NCBI RefSeq assembly: GCF_001194135.2
Contig: NC_068984.1
Location: forward strand, 48,261,272-48,301,168
Length of the DNA stretch: 39,897 nt
DNA from: Octopus bimaculoides
Lineage: Eukaryota
Direction of reading: 5' to 3'
Positions 37,785-39,897 of the stretch are shown here, piece after piece. The notes beneath the pieces were generated by a model. It was not told the origin of the DNA. It saw nothing but the letters and a program-made list of their open reading frames with translations, and did not search any database. The position numbers and the translations under genes are program-made. Within the stretch, counting starts at the first letter, position 1; the number at the start of each line of letters is the position of its first letter.

Positions 37785-39897
37785 ATTTCTTTATTGCCCA
37801 CAGGGGGCTAAACACAGAATGGTACAAAACAACTGATTGGGATCAGTAATGCGAATGGTTTATATAAAATATGACTTTAAAAATGATATAAAATATTAAA
37901 AAATCGAATGATATTAACAGTACATTAGACAACACAAATGAAGCGATGATCAGGCCACGCTCCGACCCCACAAGCCCCAATCTATCGCTGGCACCTTTTT
38001 TTTTTTCCTTTTTTTTCCTGACTATTCACACGGTTCCTTGTACGCACAACACTCGTGCAACATGCTTCCATCTCTTTTGGAACGTACACTCCGACAGACA
38101 TCTCCTCTCCAGCCACACTTTCCTTTTCAAATGAAAAGTAAAAAATGAACGTAAATTGTGGCCAGAGACAAAGTTGCCTGTCTTAATTCCTTTTATCCTC
38201 GTCTTCCATACTGCCTCTTTTTCTATTGCTACAACCGTGAGAAAACAATTCTTACCTTCGTTTGTTAAAACTCCCGGTGGGTCAATTTTTATAATTGACT
38301 CAGTCGACAGCTGTACTCTTCCTTCGCCGGATAACAGGTGTTCAGCATAAGCCCACATTTCAGATATCTCCGGACTCTGAATAATAGCGTGAGGGACGGT
38401 TTCCTTGTCTCCACCGCATCTTGGACAGGTCGGCGACTGACGTTTACCGTGTCGTGCAAGCTTATCCCAAACGGGCAAGGTACCTCTGTAGCATTGCCAG
38501 GTTAAGGACTTTTGGAAGTTTTCCAACGTTCTCAACCCGAATGTACGGTGAAACAGGCTGTGCAGTTGAATAAACCCGAGACCTAGAGTCGCCCCTAGGC
38601 CATCGTCGCATTCAGACTCTACCAACCCACTATATAAAATCCGTGTGGAACCCCCACCACCGGCGTTGCCCGAGCGCCGGAAAAGCAAGAGGGCCTTGCG
38701 ACACTCTTTATGCCTTTCACNNNNNNNNNNNNNNNNNNNNNNNNNNNNNNNNNNNNNNNNNNNNNNNNNNNNNNNNNNNNNNNNNNNNNNNNNNNNNNNN
38801 NNNNNNNNNNNNNNNNNNNNNNNNNNNNNNNNNNNNNNNNNNNNNNNNNNNNNNNNNNNNNNNNNNNNNNNNNNNNNNNNNNNNNNNNNNNNNNNNNNNN
38901 NNNNNNNNNNNNNNNNNNNNNNNNNNNNNNNNNNNNNNNNNNNNNNNNNNNNNNNTATCTGGTGGCCTGGTCCAAACCGAAATCCCAGCAACTTAACCGG
39001 TCCCTCCGTCCAGCGCCCAACAGTGCTGTCTGAAGGCATCGACTTGCCAACCCAGGTGCCGAGTTGTAAGCTGACCGACTTTTCCCGGTTAATCTTTGCT
39101 CCTGCCACCTCCTCGTAAGCCTCAATAGTCTTACCAACTTCACGTAGGCGTGCTACTGATGTTACGCCGATAGTGATATCATCCGCGTAAGCCGTAACAA
39201 ACTCCTCTAGACCTGGTTCTTTCGGAATGCCACTTAACCTCCGCAGTAGTGGCTCGAGAGCTACCACATACAAAAGCGGTGAGAGTGGACATCCTTGACG
39301 AACCGAGCGTCTGATACAGAACGGCTTCGAAAGGAAACCGTTCACCCGAACTGTTGAGTCAATGTTGTGGTACAAAGCAATAAACCATCTGAGGAAGTCA
39401 AGGCCCAAGCCGAACCGCGCAAGCACGGTCGCCAGATATCGATGGTCAACCCTATCAAAAGCTTTAGACTGGTCCAAATGTAACAGTGCCCCACCTTTGC
39501 CAGATTTATTACCAACCCTCTCTATGGGATAGCGGATAAGATGGAGGGTATCCTGAATGGTTCTGCCTGGGATGGCACAATTATGTGCCTCCCCGACTAT
39601 ACCATCCGCGACACGCGCCAACCTTTTCGCTAAGACCTTGGTCAAAATCTTCACTTCTGCGTTTAACAGAGTGATGGGCCTGAAATTCTCTATAACGTCC
39701 CCCTTGTCCGGGTCCTTTCTGACCATCGTCACTACTCCCCGGCGCACAGATCTGGGGATAAACCCATTCTGTTGCCAGTTCGCGTAGACATCAGCCAGTA
39801 GATGCGCGAACAAGTCTGGAATACATTTATACAGCTCATACGGAAGACCATCAAGTCCCGGCGACCTACCCGCTTTACAGTCGGCCAAAGCCTCCTT
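37785..39897 (-). mobile_element. L1/Tx1-clade LINE, 3' part (continues beyond the window)
   Basis: RT-containing ORF, then a short 3'UTR with A-rich tracts ending ..GGGCAATAAAGAAAT. Confidence 0.88.
38026..39897 (-). CDS. LINE ORF2 fragment: reverse transcriptase plus C-terminal Zn-knuckle (5' partial, spans a gap)
   Basis: SPGLDGLPYE, NFRPITLLN, LDQSKAFDRVDH, SVRQGCPLSPLLY, AYADD, INREKS, CPRCGGDKETVPH. No stop in the sequenced parts. The ORF-track 'M' is a TTG, not the true start. Confidence 0.88.
   Translation of the reverse strand, partial: KEALADCKAGRSPGLDGLPYELYKCIPDLFAHLLADVYANWQQNGFIPRSVRRGVVTMVRKDPDKGDVIENFRPITLLNAEVKILTKVLAKRLARVADGIVGEAHNCAIPGRTIQDTLHLIRYPIERVGNKSGKGGALLHLDQSKAFDRVDHRYLATVLARFGLGLDFLRWFIALYHNIDSTVRVNGFLSKPFCIRRSVRQGCPLSPLLYVVALEPLLRRLSGIPKEPGLEEFVTAYADDITIGVTSVARLREVGKTIEAYEEVAGAKINREKSVSLQLGTWVGKSMPSDSTVGRWTEGPVKLLGFRFGPGHQIXXXXXXXXXXXXXXXXXXXXXXXXXXXXXXXXXXXXXXXXXXXXXXXXXXXXXXXXXXXXXXXXXXXXXXXXXXXXXXXERHKECRKALLLFRRSGNAGGGGSTRILYSGLVESECDDGLGATLGLGFIQLHSLFHRTFGLRTLENFQKSLTWQCYRGTLPVWDKLARHGKRQSPTCPRCGGDKETVPHAIIQSPEISEMWAYAEHLLSGEGRVQLSTESIIKIDPPGVLTNEGKNCFLTVVAIEKEAVWKTRIKGIKTGNFVSGHNLRSFFTFHLKRKVWLERRCLSECTFQKRWKHVARVLCVQGTV

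Noticed and set aside
1-39897. Prokaryotic systems (CRISPR arrays, operons, defence loci)
   Set aside because: The sequence is eukaryotic repeat-rich DNA with no repeat-spacer array or gene-dense region.

Overview
AT-rich, transposon- and microsatellite-dense eukaryotic DNA (intergenic or intronic) with ten N-gaps totalling about 2.5 kb. The tRNA-headed SINE families look like those I recall from Octopus, so a cephalopod origin is an inference. No intact host gene is supported; almost all ORF-track entries are microsatellite or gap read-throughs. Recognisable elements are a decayed full-length mariner (1188-2437), a 5'-truncated R4/Dong RLE-type LINE, a probable Penelope-like element (PLE) with a pseudo-LTR-type duplication, DD41D-like, Chapaev3, CR1 and Tc1 remnants, three SINE families, and a well-preserved L1/Tx1 ORF2 running off the right edge. 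The most interesting signal is at 21.3-23.0 kb: two sequence-unrelated type I hammerhead ribozyme folds, both at contig ends. One lies in a 119-bp-arm inverted repeat that places two ribozyme copies back-to-back on opposite strands. A second notable signal is a roughly 34-nt 3' tail shared between the Tx1 LINE and one SINE subfamily. All folds and alignments were done by eye; no searches were run.
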